Source of the DNA: an uncultured Candidatus Saccharibacteria bacterium
Lineage (GTDB): Bacteria; Patescibacteriota; JAUYIX01; CAYNWW01
Length of the DNA: 64,000 nucleotides
Reading direction: 5' to 3'
Assembly: GCA_964401055.1 (NCBI GenBank)
Contig: CAYNWW010000004.1
Coordinates: 13,390 to 77,389 of the forward strand
The translations under genes and the position numbers were made by a program. This document shows positions 29,927 through 39,537 of the stretch, in pieces (position 1 is the first letter of the stretch; each line of letters opens with the position of its first letter). The notes under the pieces are model-generated. The model had not been told where the DNA came from and ran no database searches. It worked only from the letters and a program-made list of their open reading frames with translations.

Positions 29927-32033
29927 TGCAAGGTGATTGAGGAGTGGTCAGTTGTTGTAGTATATCATGGATTTTGGAGAAAAGTAGGCTTGCGAGCTGC
30001 TTCAGCGCTTGCGGGTAATTGATGCCGGTTGCCACGAGTTTTTCCGGAGTTTGCTTGGTTGTTGCAGGTGCTGCTGCGGTAGTCGCTGTACCAAACGTGA
30101 GGTCGGTCGTGCGTTGCGGGTTGATAATGAATCCTGTGCTATCTTTGGTGAGAATGCCTGTAATACCGATGGGCGTGTGTACCGGGATAGTTTTTGGTGC
30201 GCTCGTGAGGAGGGATTTTTTGATGCGAATTTGTGGCGAGTCGCCATCTGGCTTTATCGTGATGTACGCCGAAGTTTGTTTGACGAATTCGCCCGTGATG
30301 CGGACGAGTGTGTCGAGGTGTGTGTCATCGAGTTGGGCGAATGTAAGGAGTGTTGCCTCGGGTGATGAAGTGCTGTGAGATACGACTTCTATTTTTGTTG
30401 CGGAAAGGGTGACGCCTGAAGCGGAGGGTGAAATTTTGCCGGTCACTTGGATGAGGTCACCGACTGCGAGTGGAGGAAAATCTTTTTTTGATGAAGAAAT
30501 TTTGATACCGGCCTGCGAGTCTTGGATAAAAAATGTGGTCTCGCTCAAAAATCCGGGAAGGGCGGTGACCACGCCGCGCACCGTAACTGTGGTATTTTTT
30601 TGCAGTGCGCGCGCGGCTGCAATGCGTGAGATCACGGTCGGCGCAGCGGCCGCGGGCGTGGATGATCCCGAAGGCGCCGCCGTCTGTGTCTGAGGCTGGG
30701 GCAAGGAAGGCCAATCACTCGTCACTTCTGCGAGTGGACGATTAATGATATTGCTGCTTCCTGGCGTCGGAGTCGTGCTCCAGGCCCACCCTTGCGAAGA
30801 AGCAGCGAATGATTCGCCTCCCTTGCCGCCGGTCCCAATGATGATACGCGAGACGGCCGTGTGATTTGGGTTTTGCAGTATAATTTCGTCGAGCTCGCCT
30901 GTGTTCAAGCCGAGCGTGGCGAGTTTGAAACTCAAGAATTTCCCGGCCGCGATTGTGCTGTGCGCGGGGAGTGTAACTTCTTTTCCCGCGTCTTGATTGC
31001 GCACGATCCAGCCGTCGAGGTCGACGTCACGCGTATCCGTGTTGGCGAATTCGATAAAGTTGGCCGCGGTTGACGGGCCGAGAAAATAGACTTCGTTGAT
31101 TGCCACGTGCGTGGAATACGCTGGCGGCGCATTAATCATGACTGTAATTTGCGCGTCTGTCGCGCCGCCGTTGGTGTCGGTTGCATGGACATGTGCAATG
31201 TACGTGCCGGCGGTCGCGTACGCGTGACTCACCAAAGCACCCTGCGCTTCGCTCGTCACTCCATCGTTTGCGTCAAAATCCCACGAAAAGCTCAGCGCAT
31301 CGCCATCCGGATCAGCGCTCGCGCTCGCGTCAAATTGCACCACTTCACCCACGATGCCTTGCGCATCCGGTTCGACGACGATCGCGGGCGGGTGATTGGT
31401 TTCCGGATTTGCTGCGCCCATGCTTGAGCTTGTTTTGAAAAAGTCCACACTGTCCACGCCGGTATTCTGGACGCTATGGCGCGCCATCACTTCGGTCGTG
31501 ACTGAAGACGCGTCGCCGGTCAGCGCGTTATCGCCGAGCGAGCCGTCATCATACGCGCCAAGCGTGACTTTGTTCATGAGTTTGCCGCCACCACCTTTCG
31601 CTCCATCATAGATTTCAACCAGGACGTCGTTGTTCATGCTGCCGACGGGATTGCCGAGCGTAAGATAGGCGCCCGGCACAAAGTGGGTGATGTCGCCCGC
31701 GGGCTGCTCATTTTTCACCAAATCAGCGGTGATGACCGCATCGTCCACGCCCGAATCTGTCATAATTAAATGCCAGCCGGTGAGGTCGATCACGTGTGTG
31801 GATGTGTTGGTGATTTCGATATATTCGTCAGATGAAGTTACGGCTCCGAGCGGAGTGGCCACGCCGGAAAAGTCGGTGGTGCTCCAATCTTGCTGCGGAT
31901 CGGTACAGATTTCGCTGATCAAGACGTCGCCCGCTACTGCAGGCGGTGCGGCGGCGTGGACTTCGTGAGTGGCGAGTGGCGAGAGGGCAAGAACGAGGCA
32001 GGCGACTGAAATTTTTTGTATGAGTGTGTGCAT
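29817..32033 (-). CDS. Secreted lamin-tail (LTD x2) + PKD + OB-fold protein
   Basis: Signal peptide. LTD motifs 'VLISEI...DEYIEITN...IDLTGWHL' and 'VAINEV...FIEFAN...VDLDGW...PTPG'. PKD 'DPDGD...WDFD'. OB fold 'VTVRGVVT...FFIQD..AGI...GDLIQVTG'. Confidence 0.85.
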   Translation of the reverse strand: MHTLIQKISVACLVLALSPLATHEVHAAAPPAVAGDVLISEICTDPQQDWSTTDFSGVATPLGAVTSSDEYIEITNTSTHVIDLTGWHLIMTDSGVDDAVITADLVKNEQPAGDITHFVPGAYLTLGNPVGSMNNDVLVEIYDGAKGGGGKLMNKVTLGAYDDGSLGDNALTGDASSVTTEVMARHSVQNTGVDSVDFFKTSSSMGAANPETNHPPAIVVEPDAQGIVGEVVQFDASASADPDGDALSFSWDFDANDGVTSEAQGALVSHAYATAGTYIAHVHATDTNGGATDAQITVMINAPPAYSTHVAINEVYFLGPSTAANFIEFANTDTRDVDLDGWIVRNQDAGKEVTLPAHSTIAAGKFLSFKLATLGLNTGELDEIILQNPNHTAVSRIIIGTGGKGGESFAASSQGWAWSTTPTPGSSNIINRPLAEVTSDWPSLPQPQTQTAAPSGSSTPAAAAPTVISRIAAARALQKNTTVTVRGVVTALPGFLSETTFFIQDSQAGIKISSSKKDFPPLAVGDLIQVTGKISPSASGVTLSATKIEVVSHSTSSPEATLLTFAQLDDTHLDTLVRITGEFVKQTSAYITIKPDGDSPQIRIKKSLLTSAPKTIPVHTPIGITGILTKDSTGFIINPQRTTDLTFGTATTAAAPATTKQTPEKLVATGINYPQALKQLASLLFSKIHDILQQLTTPQSPCNEATGHDIFVISWLKQEHFGSIARGRACDFQTRAGD

Positions 32034-32153
32034 GGGAGTGAAGTAAATGTATTACATTCACATCCTAGCAACCGCAGTTAAAATTTTTCTGAAAAAAAGA
32101 TTAAAAAAAGTTAAAATCCGTGCGCGCTTGGGGAAATATTGTATACTGTGCAT

Positions 32154-32636
32154 ATGAATATACATTTCCGCCTCTGCGCCCCAGCCGATCGCCCAACAGT
32201 CTCAGAATTTATTTTGCAATTGTATCGTGAAGACCTCGACCCCACGTCGCAGCCGATGACACAAGCAAAAATAGAGCGCACGTTTGACTGGCTCGACGCG
32301 CACCCTGGCGCCGGCACCGTGATGGTGTTTGAGCAAGACGCCAAGCTCGTCGGCTACGCGATTCTGATCAACTTTTGGAGCAACGAATACAGTGGAAATG
32401 CGCTCACTATTGATGAGCTTTTTGTAGCGCCGGCATTTCGTAGTAAAGGAATCGCGACGGAATTTATTGAGTACTTGGCGCGCGAACACTACGCTGATGC
32501 GGTTGAGATTCAGCTCGAAGTTGCGCCGCGCAACACTCGCGCTCGCGCGCTGTATGAACGATTGGGATTTCGCTCCGAAGCTCAAGCTGGACAAGGCAGC
32601 GAAAATCAACGCATGATAAAAGAATTACTGGGCTGA
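32154..32636 (+). CDS. GNAT-family acetyltransferase
   Basis: 'IDELFVAPAFRSKGIAT...N..A..LYERLGF'. Confidence 0.9.
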   Translation: MNIHFRLCAPADRPTVSEFILQLYREDLDPTSQPMTQAKIERTFDWLDAHPGAGTVMVFEQDAKLVGYAILINFWSNEYSGNALTIDELFVAPAFRSKGIATEFIEYLAREHYADAVEIQLEVAPRNTRARALYERLGFRSEAQAGQGSENQRMIKELLG

Positions 32637-32999
32637 TTACGCACCGAGCGTTTTTTTGACGTATTCTACGATATCTGTAATCAGGGTATCCGCCTTGATG
32701 AAATATCCTTTTGCGCCAAGCGCGAGTGCTCGATCTTGATCTTCTTTCTGGCCTAGGTTGGATAGCACGACAACAGGAATTTTATTGCCCTGTTCTTTGA
32801 GTTTTGTAAGCAGTTCAAAACCGTCCATATTGGGCATCATAAGATCAAGCAGGATCATGGATATTTTTTCTTTACCTAAAATTGCAAGGGCTTGTTGGCC
32901 ATCTTCTGCAATGCTTGCATTGAAGCCGTTGTGATCCAGCTTAAGCTTGAGTGCTCGGGATAGTGACTTTTCGTCCTCAACAATCAAAACATTGTGCAT
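32637..32999 (-). CDS. Single-domain response regulator
   Basis: 'VLIVEDE...LLDLMMPNMDG...VLSN...YFIK'. Confidence 0.93.
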   Translation of the reverse strand: MHNVLIVEDEKSLSRALKLKLDHNGFNASIAEDGQQALAILGKEKISMILLDLMMPNMDGFELLTKLKEQGNKIPVVVLSNLGQKEDQDRALALGAKGYFIKADTLITDIVEYVKKTLGA

Positions 33000-33007
33000 A
33001 TGGGTAA

Positions 33008-34588
33008 TTAATCTATTCGTTTTTTTCCTGCTCGCGCTATCATCCCTTCTAGAGGCATTGTAACATAAAATGTTGTGCCTGTACCCTCAACGGATTCAAA
33101 CCAAATGTCTCCTCCGGAGTGGTCGAGAATTGATTTTACGATATAAAGTCCTAGGCCCGTACCCTCAATATCAAGTGACTTTACGTTGTCTGCTCTGAAT
33201 AGTTTTGTAAAGATGTGGCCTTGCTGTGCCTGTGGGATTCCATAGCCGGTATCCTCAATAGAAAAGAGGAGAGCATCTTTCATAATTTGATGTCCGGCAA
33301 CTTTTGAGCCACGATGTTTTAGCTCGAGCGCAACAGCAATATGACCGTGGGCAGGTGTATATTTAACCGCATTTGAGATGAGGTTTTGAATGACGATGTA
33401 AGTTAGGTGTGGATCTGCGTTGATTTTGGGTAAATTGTTCTCAAGCACCTGTTGTAAGTTCAAATTTTTTGTTGATATTGTCTGATGCATTTCAGTGCTT
33501 GCTTGTGCTATCAGCTCGCTCAGAAAAATAGGCTCGGGCTCAATCAAAAAGGTGCCCAGTTCCAGACGAGAGACGTTGAGTAACGCCTTAACCAATCCTG
33601 CCATGCGCCTATTATTTGTGTAGATTTCGCGGACGTATTCTTTTTGCTCGTCGGTTATTGCGCCAGCGTCCCCATCAAGCAACATTTCGGCATTCCAGCC
33701 AACTGCCGCAATAGGCATGCGCAATTGATGTGAGGCAATGGAAACGAACTCTGTTTTTGCTCGATCCACATCTTTTTCGTGTGTAATATCTCGTTCGATG
33801 CCGACAAAATATTGAACCTCACCAGCGTCGTTTAGCACAGGCGAGACTGATGCTGAGCTAATGTATTCCCGCCCATTTTTTTTCTTATTTTTTAGTTCGC
33901 CCGAAAAAGATTTTTTATCATATTTGATCGTCTGCCAAAAGTTTTTGTAAAATTCTTTGTCCATGAGACCGCCCCAGAGGTCTGCAGAGCCGGCTTTTTT
34001 GCCGAGTATCTCGTCCGGTGAAAAACCCGTCATGCGCATAACGCCGGCATTTGCATACACAATAATTCCGTCAGGGTCGGTAATGACAACATGATCTGTG
34101 GTGCGCGCAACTGCAAGCTCGAATTTTTTTGCTTCAAGCGAGGCTTTTTTGAAATTTTCCTCTTCGGCTTCGATCTCTTTGACATGTTGTTCAACGCGCT
34201 CTTGAAGTTGGACGCGGTCAGTGACAAGAAAGCGAACTGAAATGTATCGCAAGGGTTTGCCGTGTTCGTCAAGCACGGGCGCGATTGTTGTATCAACCCA
34301 ATAAAATGTCCCGTCTTTCGCGCGATTTTTAAGCTCTCCTCGCCATACTTTTCCGGCAGATATGGTTTTCCAGAGATCATCAAATATGCGCTGATCTTGA
34401 TCGCCTGATTTCAAAATTCGATGATTTTGGCCGATCAACTCCTTGCGTGTATATTTTGAAATCTCAACAAATTTGTCGTTTACGTACTGAATATTCCCAT
34501 CAAGATCAGTCATGGAAATAATGGTTGATTCTTTGATGGCGTTAAAAATTGCACCAAGGTTTGTAAGCTCGAGAGGTAATTTTGTCAT
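33008..34588 (-). CDS. Cytoplasmic PAS-PAS histidine kinase
   Basis: Two PAS/PAC domains. H-box 'SHQLRMP', N-box 'NLISNAVKY', G1 'DTGYGIP', G2 'GTGLGL'. Confidence 0.95.
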   Translation of the reverse strand: MTKLPLELTNLGAIFNAIKESTIISMTDLDGNIQYVNDKFVEISKYTRKELIGQNHRILKSGDQDQRIFDDLWKTISAGKVWRGELKNRAKDGTFYWVDTTIAPVLDEHGKPLRYISVRFLVTDRVQLQERVEQHVKEIEAEEENFKKASLEAKKFELAVARTTDHVVITDPDGIIVYANAGVMRMTGFSPDEILGKKAGSADLWGGLMDKEFYKNFWQTIKYDKKSFSGELKNKKKNGREYISSASVSPVLNDAGEVQYFVGIERDITHEKDVDRAKTEFVSIASHQLRMPIAAVGWNAEMLLDGDAGAITDEQKEYVREIYTNNRRMAGLVKALLNVSRLELGTFLIEPEPIFLSELIAQASTEMHQTISTKNLNLQQVLENNLPKINADPHLTYIVIQNLISNAVKYTPAHGHIAVALELKHRGSKVAGHQIMKDALLFSIEDTGYGIPQAQQGHIFTKLFRADNVKSLDIEGTGLGLYIVKSILDHSGGDIWFESVEGTGTTFYVTMPLEGMIARAGKKRID

Positions 34589-35262
34589 GAACTGTACCCC
34601 GTAAATTGTTCTGTGAATAATTGCTCGCTCGTTACTCCGTTTTTTCTTAGATGTTCGCTGGTTGCAATAACCATGCCTTCAGGACCGGCAATATACCAGT
34701 TCGTATCATACATGTCGTCAGTCGGTACTGCGGTCACGTCATCCGGATCGTAGAAAAAATGTGCCATTCCGTCACATAACGCACGAATCTCTTCGTGATA
34801 CGCAGTTGATTCGCGATTTTTGTTGAAATAATACAGCGCGATGTTGCGAGTGCCGGCGATATGTTTTTCTTGCAAAAGCATGCTCATAAATGGCGTGATC
34901 CCAATTCCGCCGGCAATGCACGCGATTTTTTTATTTGGATCTTCGGGAAGAGTAAAAAATCCTTTTGGCAGAGCGACTTGGATAGTCGATCCGATCGGGA
35001 GTTTGGCGAGCTCTGTTTTGAATGGACTGTTTGACGTGCGATAAGCTGTCTTGACGATCGGCAGTTCAAAAGGCGCTGACGATATGGAAAAATCTCTCCA
35101 GCGCGCTCGCGGTTCAAGCTGTGCAAGCGTTGGGAGCGTGACGGTCATATATTGACCGGCGACAAACGCGACGTCTTTGCTTTGAAGCTGCAGCGCGATT
35201 TCTGTTGTATGTGTCGCAATTTCTTTTTTGGAAACGATGATTGCGTCAATAGAATCTATCAT
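34585..35262 (-). CDS. FAD/NAD(P)H-binding ferredoxin-reductase-like oxidoreductase
   Basis: 'AGQY...RDFSISSAP...IAGGIGITPF...YIAGP..MV...EQFTGY'; ATGA overlap with the kinase gene. Confidence 0.88.
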   Translation of the reverse strand: MIDSIDAIIVSKKEIATHTTEIALQLQSKDVAFVAGQYMTVTLPTLAQLEPRARWRDFSISSAPFELPIVKTAYRTSNSPFKTELAKLPIGSTIQVALPKGFFTLPEDPNKKIACIAGGIGITPFMSMLLQEKHIAGTRNIALYYFNKNRESTAYHEEIRALCDGMAHFFYDPDDVTAVPTDDMYDTNWYIAGPEGMVIATSEHLRKNGVTSEQLFTEQFTGYSS

Positions 35263-35315
35263 TATTGAATGATAACAAGAACGCGGCCGAAATAAAATGC
35301 CTTGTGCGTTTTGAT

Positions 35316-35351
35316 GAAAAAGAGCGCTATTCCTCAAGGAATAGCGCTCTT
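35316..35351 (-). terminator. Rho-independent terminator of the CDP-alcohol phosphatidyltransferase gene
   Basis: Perfect 14-bp stem AAGAGCGCTATTCC/GGAATAGCGCTCTT with a U-tract on the minus strand. Confidence 0.8.
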
Positions 35352-35354
35352 GAA

Positions 35355-35897
35355 TTACTTTTTGTCGTGGCCTTCATGGATCCATGATTGTACGCGATTA
35401 AATTTCGCATACAGCAGGATAGCGCCGCCGACGGCTTCGACCCCGAGCATGGGTGAGCCGTACGCCAACACCGCATACCCTCCAATGCTCGCGGCAAGAA
35501 TTGTCACTGAGCCGAAGGGAACCACCATGTTGCCGATCCACCGAGCGGCCGATCCTTTGGGCGAAAACACGCCAAAAGTTTTTGCCATTGCGCCGATCGC
35601 GCCTCCTGCGACCAGCACCCAGACTGGGAGAAAACCCATCTGCCAGAGACCGATGACGATCCCCAGCGTGAGGAACAGGTCGGGGATTGGGTCAAGCAAG
35701 TCTTGACCCGCCTTTGATGCGACACCGAAGTGTCGCGCCAGCGGCCCATCAACCCAGTCCGTGACCAGCGCTGCTATGATGAGCCAAAAGCCCATCTGCC
35801 AGTCGCCGGCCACAGCGGCGAAATAAATCCCAAAGCCGAGCGGAACTCGGCTCAGAGACAGAGTCGTAACGGCTGCAAAAGCTAGTTTTTTGTTCAC
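35355..35897 (-). CDS. CDP-alcohol phosphatidyltransferase family protein
   Basis: Signature 'TDWVDGPLARHFGVASKAGQDLLDPIPD'. GGAGGTG SD before GTG; upstream TTGACT-17-TATAAT. Confidence 0.88.
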   Translation of the reverse strand: MNKKLAFAAVTTLSLSRVPLGFGIYFAAVAGDWQMGFWLIIAALVTDWVDGPLARHFGVASKAGQDLLDPIPDLFLTLGIVIGLWQMGFLPVWVLVAGGAIGAMAKTFGVFSPKGSAARWIGNMVVPFGSVTILAASIGGYAVLAYGSPMLGVEAVGGAILLYAKFNRVQSWIHEGHDKK

Positions 35898-36013
35898 TGC
35901 GCACCTCCAATTCGGACTTTATATTATAGCATTTATATTTATAAAAGTCAAATTGACGCCCACTGCCGCGGCATGAGATAGTGCCAACACCCCAAACAAG
36001 GAGGAAATTCGTC

Positions 36014-36898
36014 ATGACGCGCCTGATTGCGGTCATTGAATGTGGCGGGACGTATGGATTTATCGGAAGCGGCGAATGTGCGGCGCTTCCACACCTGCGA
36101 GGTAAATTTGACGCTATTGTTGGCACATCATCCGGCATTTTGATTGGTCTGTGTGCAGAGTTTGGCTTGATGCGTGATGAGCTGCATTTCGCGGCAATAG
36201 CGCATGATTTGTTGGCACGTCGGCCGATTTCATTTAAAAATCTTGCACGCGGTCGGCCGATACTCTGCGTGGACGCTGCGCTCGAGTTGATTGAAGACCG
36301 GTGTGGGCGTTCGCTTCCGGAGATGATTCGACGCGAAGAAATATGTGATTTATATGTCACGGCGGTAAATATCACAATGGGTAAGACTGAATTATTCCGT
36401 CTGACGCCGGATAATGCGATTGACTTGATTCGCGCCACATGTGCGATTCCGGTTCCGTTTGTTGCCCGCAAGGTGCGGATCGGCGAGAATTTTTATGTTG
36501 ATGGCGGTACTGGGTACCAGATCAACATCGAGCTCGCGCTTTCTTCATTGCGACCGGATCGAGCGGTGCTTTTGCGTTGGATGCCCGAAGGAAGGAAACG
36601 CGACAGCCTCCCTCGATGGCTCGGCTGGCTGCTGTTTCCGCATCGCGCGCAATTGCGCAAGCTGTTGCAGGCGCAGATTCCGAATTACGCGCGCGAACTC
36701 GCGGTCATTCGCGAGGCTGGCGACGCGCTTTGCGTGATCGCTCCGAGTGCAGGTACCCGACTTCCGACGCCAATTCCACTTGAATGGCGCCACAAGCGTC
36801 TCGTCGAACTTTTCCGCATTGGCATGCGTGCCGGACTTGCGCATGCGCACGCCTGTACCTGGTGCGCCACGCCGGCAGCCGCTCCCACGCTCTCGTAA
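36014..36898 (+). CDS. Patatin-like phospholipase
   Basis: Gly-rich 'CGGTYG', nucleophile 'GTSSG', 'ATCAIP', 'YVDGG'. Confidence 0.85.
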   Translation: MTRLIAVIECGGTYGFIGSGECAALPHLRGKFDAIVGTSSGILIGLCAEFGLMRDELHFAAIAHDLLARRPISFKNLARGRPILCVDAALELIEDRCGRSLPEMIRREEICDLYVTAVNITMGKTELFRLTPDNAIDLIRATCAIPVPFVARKVRIGENFYVDGGTGYQINIELALSSLRPDRAVLLRWMPEGRKRDSLPRWLGWLLFPHRAQLRKLLQAQIPNYARELAVIREAGDALCVIAPSAGTRLPTPIPLEWRHKRLVELFRIGMRAGLAHAHACTWCATPAAAPTLS

Positions 36899-36998
36899 GT
36901 GAGAGCGTTTTTCTTGGGCAACAAACGGCAAATTGTGCTTTACTTCCATGAAGTATTTCAGTATAGTTATGCTCACCACTCAAAGCCAGGAGGAGAAA

Positions 36999-37622
36999 AT
37001 GCGGAGAGTTTCTATCGTGGCAAGCAACCTTCAGGACGATTTGCGACAAGGCGACATGATGTGTTTGTACGCCACTCTCAAGCGGATTTTTTACGCCGTT
37101 GTTTCATTCGAAAGGCTCGAACTTACAGATCTGAATGATCGCCAGTATCTCCGCTTCTGTTACTGTGCTATACACGCGGTGATCAAAGATTCGTATCGGC
37201 AAGGCGACGAGTCAGATGATCTGGAATATGAATATAAGGGGCGGCTGGGTCATTTATACTACCCGTTATTCACACTCGAAGATGACGTTGCTCGAGGACT
37301 CATCGGTCTTCTGCGAACAGATTTGTTGCGCACAAGGCGATTTACTCTCGGCCTGTATAACCGATTACGTCAGGGCGATATTTTGTGCGTTGAAAAAACG
37401 GACGGACAGAACTTCGCCGGACTCGCGTCATTTGTGCAGCGGATAGGAGATGCACGCGCTATTGTGGACATCTTCGATATGGGTCAGGAAATCGAAGTGC
37501 CAGCGAGTTCGTTTGCGTTTCCGATTTTTAGAAAAACTGAAGCCGCTGTGAAAGTCATCGCAAGCCTCATGAATGTCGGACGCAACAAAAATGGTTGGAT
37601 GCGAAGCGTCGAAAATATTTAG
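36999..37622 (+). CDS. Hypothetical protein with an internal duplication
   Basis: AGGAGGAG SD; repeated 'LRQGDMMC' and 'LRQGDILC'. Confidence 0.7.
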   Translation: MRRVSIVASNLQDDLRQGDMMCLYATLKRIFYAVVSFERLELTDLNDRQYLRFCYCAIHAVIKDSYRQGDESDDLEYEYKGRLGHLYYPLFTLEDDVARGLIGLLRTDLLRTRRFTLGLYNRLRQGDILCVEKTDGQNFAGLASFVQRIGDARAIVDIFDMGQEIEVPASSFAFPIFRKTEAAVKVIASLMNVGRNKNGWMRSVENI

Positions 37623-37697
37623 CCACACAAGCAACTTTTGCTTCGCGCACAAGTTGCTTTTCTTTTTGGAAAATAAAAAAAGCCCTCGATGAGAAGG

Positions 37698-38258
37698 CTA
37701 GTGCTCGGGCTTCATGTGGTCAACATAAACCAGCGCATAATGCTTTGCTGCAAACTCCTGGATTGTGCACGATCGACAACCAAGTGTATACGCGATTTTT
37801 GGAACTTCTGCACGTAGCCACCACCACCCGTCTTTGTGTTGAGCTATCGCAAGTGGCCATTGGCGGATGTTGCCATATGGTTCACTCACATATGTTGTTT
37901 CAAACGAAACATGGCAGGGCTTTTCAAGCCCAATACTCGCAGCAAATACGAGTGGATCGGAATCAGAGGAAACGATCCACTCGATATGGTCGAGCTTGAT
38001 GCGCGCAACTTCGTACCGAGAGTCATGATCATGACACGAACTGTCTTGAGCCACCACATCCACCGCCTGTGCAGAAGACAGGCGAGCTGCTTCGCACATA
38101 ATCCCGATCCCACAAAGAGACATGAGACCAAGACAGGTCACGGCAACAACAAGCGCTCGTGGTTTTAGATGGGAAATTTCCACGTCGGCGGTGAGTAAAA
38201 AGAGGATGGGAATGACGAAAAAGGCTGCTCCCAAAATCGTTAGTATTTCAAGCGGCAT
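37698..38258 (-). CDS. Hypothetical membrane protein
   Basis: AAGGAGGTG SD; two N-terminal hydrophobic segments. Confidence 0.65.
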   Translation of the reverse strand: MPLEILTILGAAFFVIPILFLLTADVEISHLKPRALVVAVTCLGLMSLCGIGIMCEAARLSSAQAVDVVAQDSSCHDHDSRYEVARIKLDHIEWIVSSDSDPLVFAASIGLEKPCHVSFETTYVSEPYGNIRQWPLAIAQHKDGWWWLRAEVPKIAYTLGCRSCTIQEFAAKHYALVYVDHMKPEH

Positions 38259-38398
38259 ATGCGCACCTCCTTGGGGCGAACAACGATTTTTTACTATACG
38301 CTCTTTTTTCGCGTGGTACAATAGAATTGTCTCAAAAATGAATTTTATAGCAAATTTGGGTGGCCGAATTTTTCAACAATTATCGCTAAATTATCCAC

Positions 38399-38830
38399 AT
38401 GAATGACAGACCAAAAGTAGGCGTCGGCGTCGCGATCATCAAAGACGGCAAAGTCCTCCTTGGCAAACGCAAAGCCGCGCACGGCGAAGGCTCGTGGGCG
38501 TTCCCCGGCGGCCACCTCGAATTCGGCGAATCCTGGGAAGAATGCGCCTGCCGCGAAGTCCTCGAAGAGGCCGGCATCGAAGTCAAAAACGTCCGCTTCG
38601 GCAGCCTCACCAACGACATTTTCACCGCCGAAAACAAGCACTACATCACCATCTCCATGGTCTGCGACTATGCTTCGGGTGAATTGCGCGTGATGGAACC
38701 GGAAAAATGCGAGGAATGGCGCTGGTTTGATTGGGCGGAGCTGTCGCCGGACATGCTTTTTGTACCACTGCAAAATTTGTTGAAACAGGGATATGATCCA
38801 ACGAAGGTTACGACAAGCTCGATAAAGTAA
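38399..38830 (+). CDS. Nudix hydrolase (NUDT15/MutT-like)
   Basis: 'RPKVGVGV...GSWAFPGGHLEFGESWEECACREVLEEAG...EPEKCEEWRWF'. Confidence 0.93.
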   Translation: MNDRPKVGVGVAIIKDGKVLLGKRKAAHGEGSWAFPGGHLEFGESWEECACREVLEEAGIEVKNVRFGSLTNDIFTAENKHYITISMVCDYASGELRVMEPEKCEEWRWFDWAELSPDMLFVPLQNLLKQGYDPTKVTTSSIK

Positions 38831-39510
38831 TGCGGAAAAATATTCTTCTCACTGGCGCACCGCGCAGCGGGAAAACAACCGTTCTCAAGAGACTGCTTAC
38901 TCACAGAAGTCACAAGGTTGGCTTCGTCACGAATGAAATAATCGAGATGGGCGAGCGAACTGGTTTTGAAGTCGAAACAAGTGCTGGCACAAGTGCGTTG
39001 CTTGCGAGCATTCATTTGAAAAATAGTCCCAACGTTGGTAGGTACGGCGTGCAAATCGGAGACTTCACCAATTTATTGGACAGCCTATTCCGCTTCATGC
39101 CCCAAGCCTTGCTCTACATTGATGAAATCGCCGAAATGCAATTGTGTTCGGAAAGATTCGCAGAGCTCGTACGCGCATATCTCGACACCCCAAACACCTG
39201 CGTTGCAACATGTTCAGCCATATTTCCAAATAAATTTATCAACGAGATCAGAAATCGCAATGACGTGATCCTCGTCGACTTGCGACCCGAGACAAGAGAT
39301 AGCACGCAAACAATGATCGAAGGACTCATAAGTAAAATTTCCAAAGCCCGCAAATACGCTAGCGAGCCAGAACGAATTAAACTTCAGCCGGGCGCAACTC
39401 AGATTAAAGGTGATAGCAGCATTCACAATCTCACGCGCCAACACGATGCATCATGGGCGTGCGACTGCGATTTTTTCAGCACATATAGAAAATTTGCAGT
39501 CACACCATAG
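38830..39510 (+). CDS. NTPase_1-family nucleoside-triphosphatase with a frameshifted C-terminal SWIM zinc finger
   Basis: 'ILLTGAPRSGKTT...GFVTNEI...RTGF...VGRYGV...IDEIAEMQL'. Ends 'WACDCDFF'; the CSH half of the motif lies in the -1 frame (stop at 39533). Confidence 0.82.
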   Translation: MRKNILLTGAPRSGKTTVLKRLLTHRSHKVGFVTNEIIEMGERTGFEVETSAGTSALLASIHLKNSPNVGRYGVQIGDFTNLLDSLFRFMPQALLYIDEIAEMQLCSERFAELVRAYLDTPNTCVATCSAIFPNKFINEIRNRNDVILVDLRPETRDSTQTMIEGLISKISKARKYASEPERIKLQPGATQIKGDSSIHNLTRQHDASWACDCDFFSTYRKFAVTP

Positions 39511-39537
39511 CAATTGAAGAACTAGATAAATAACACC

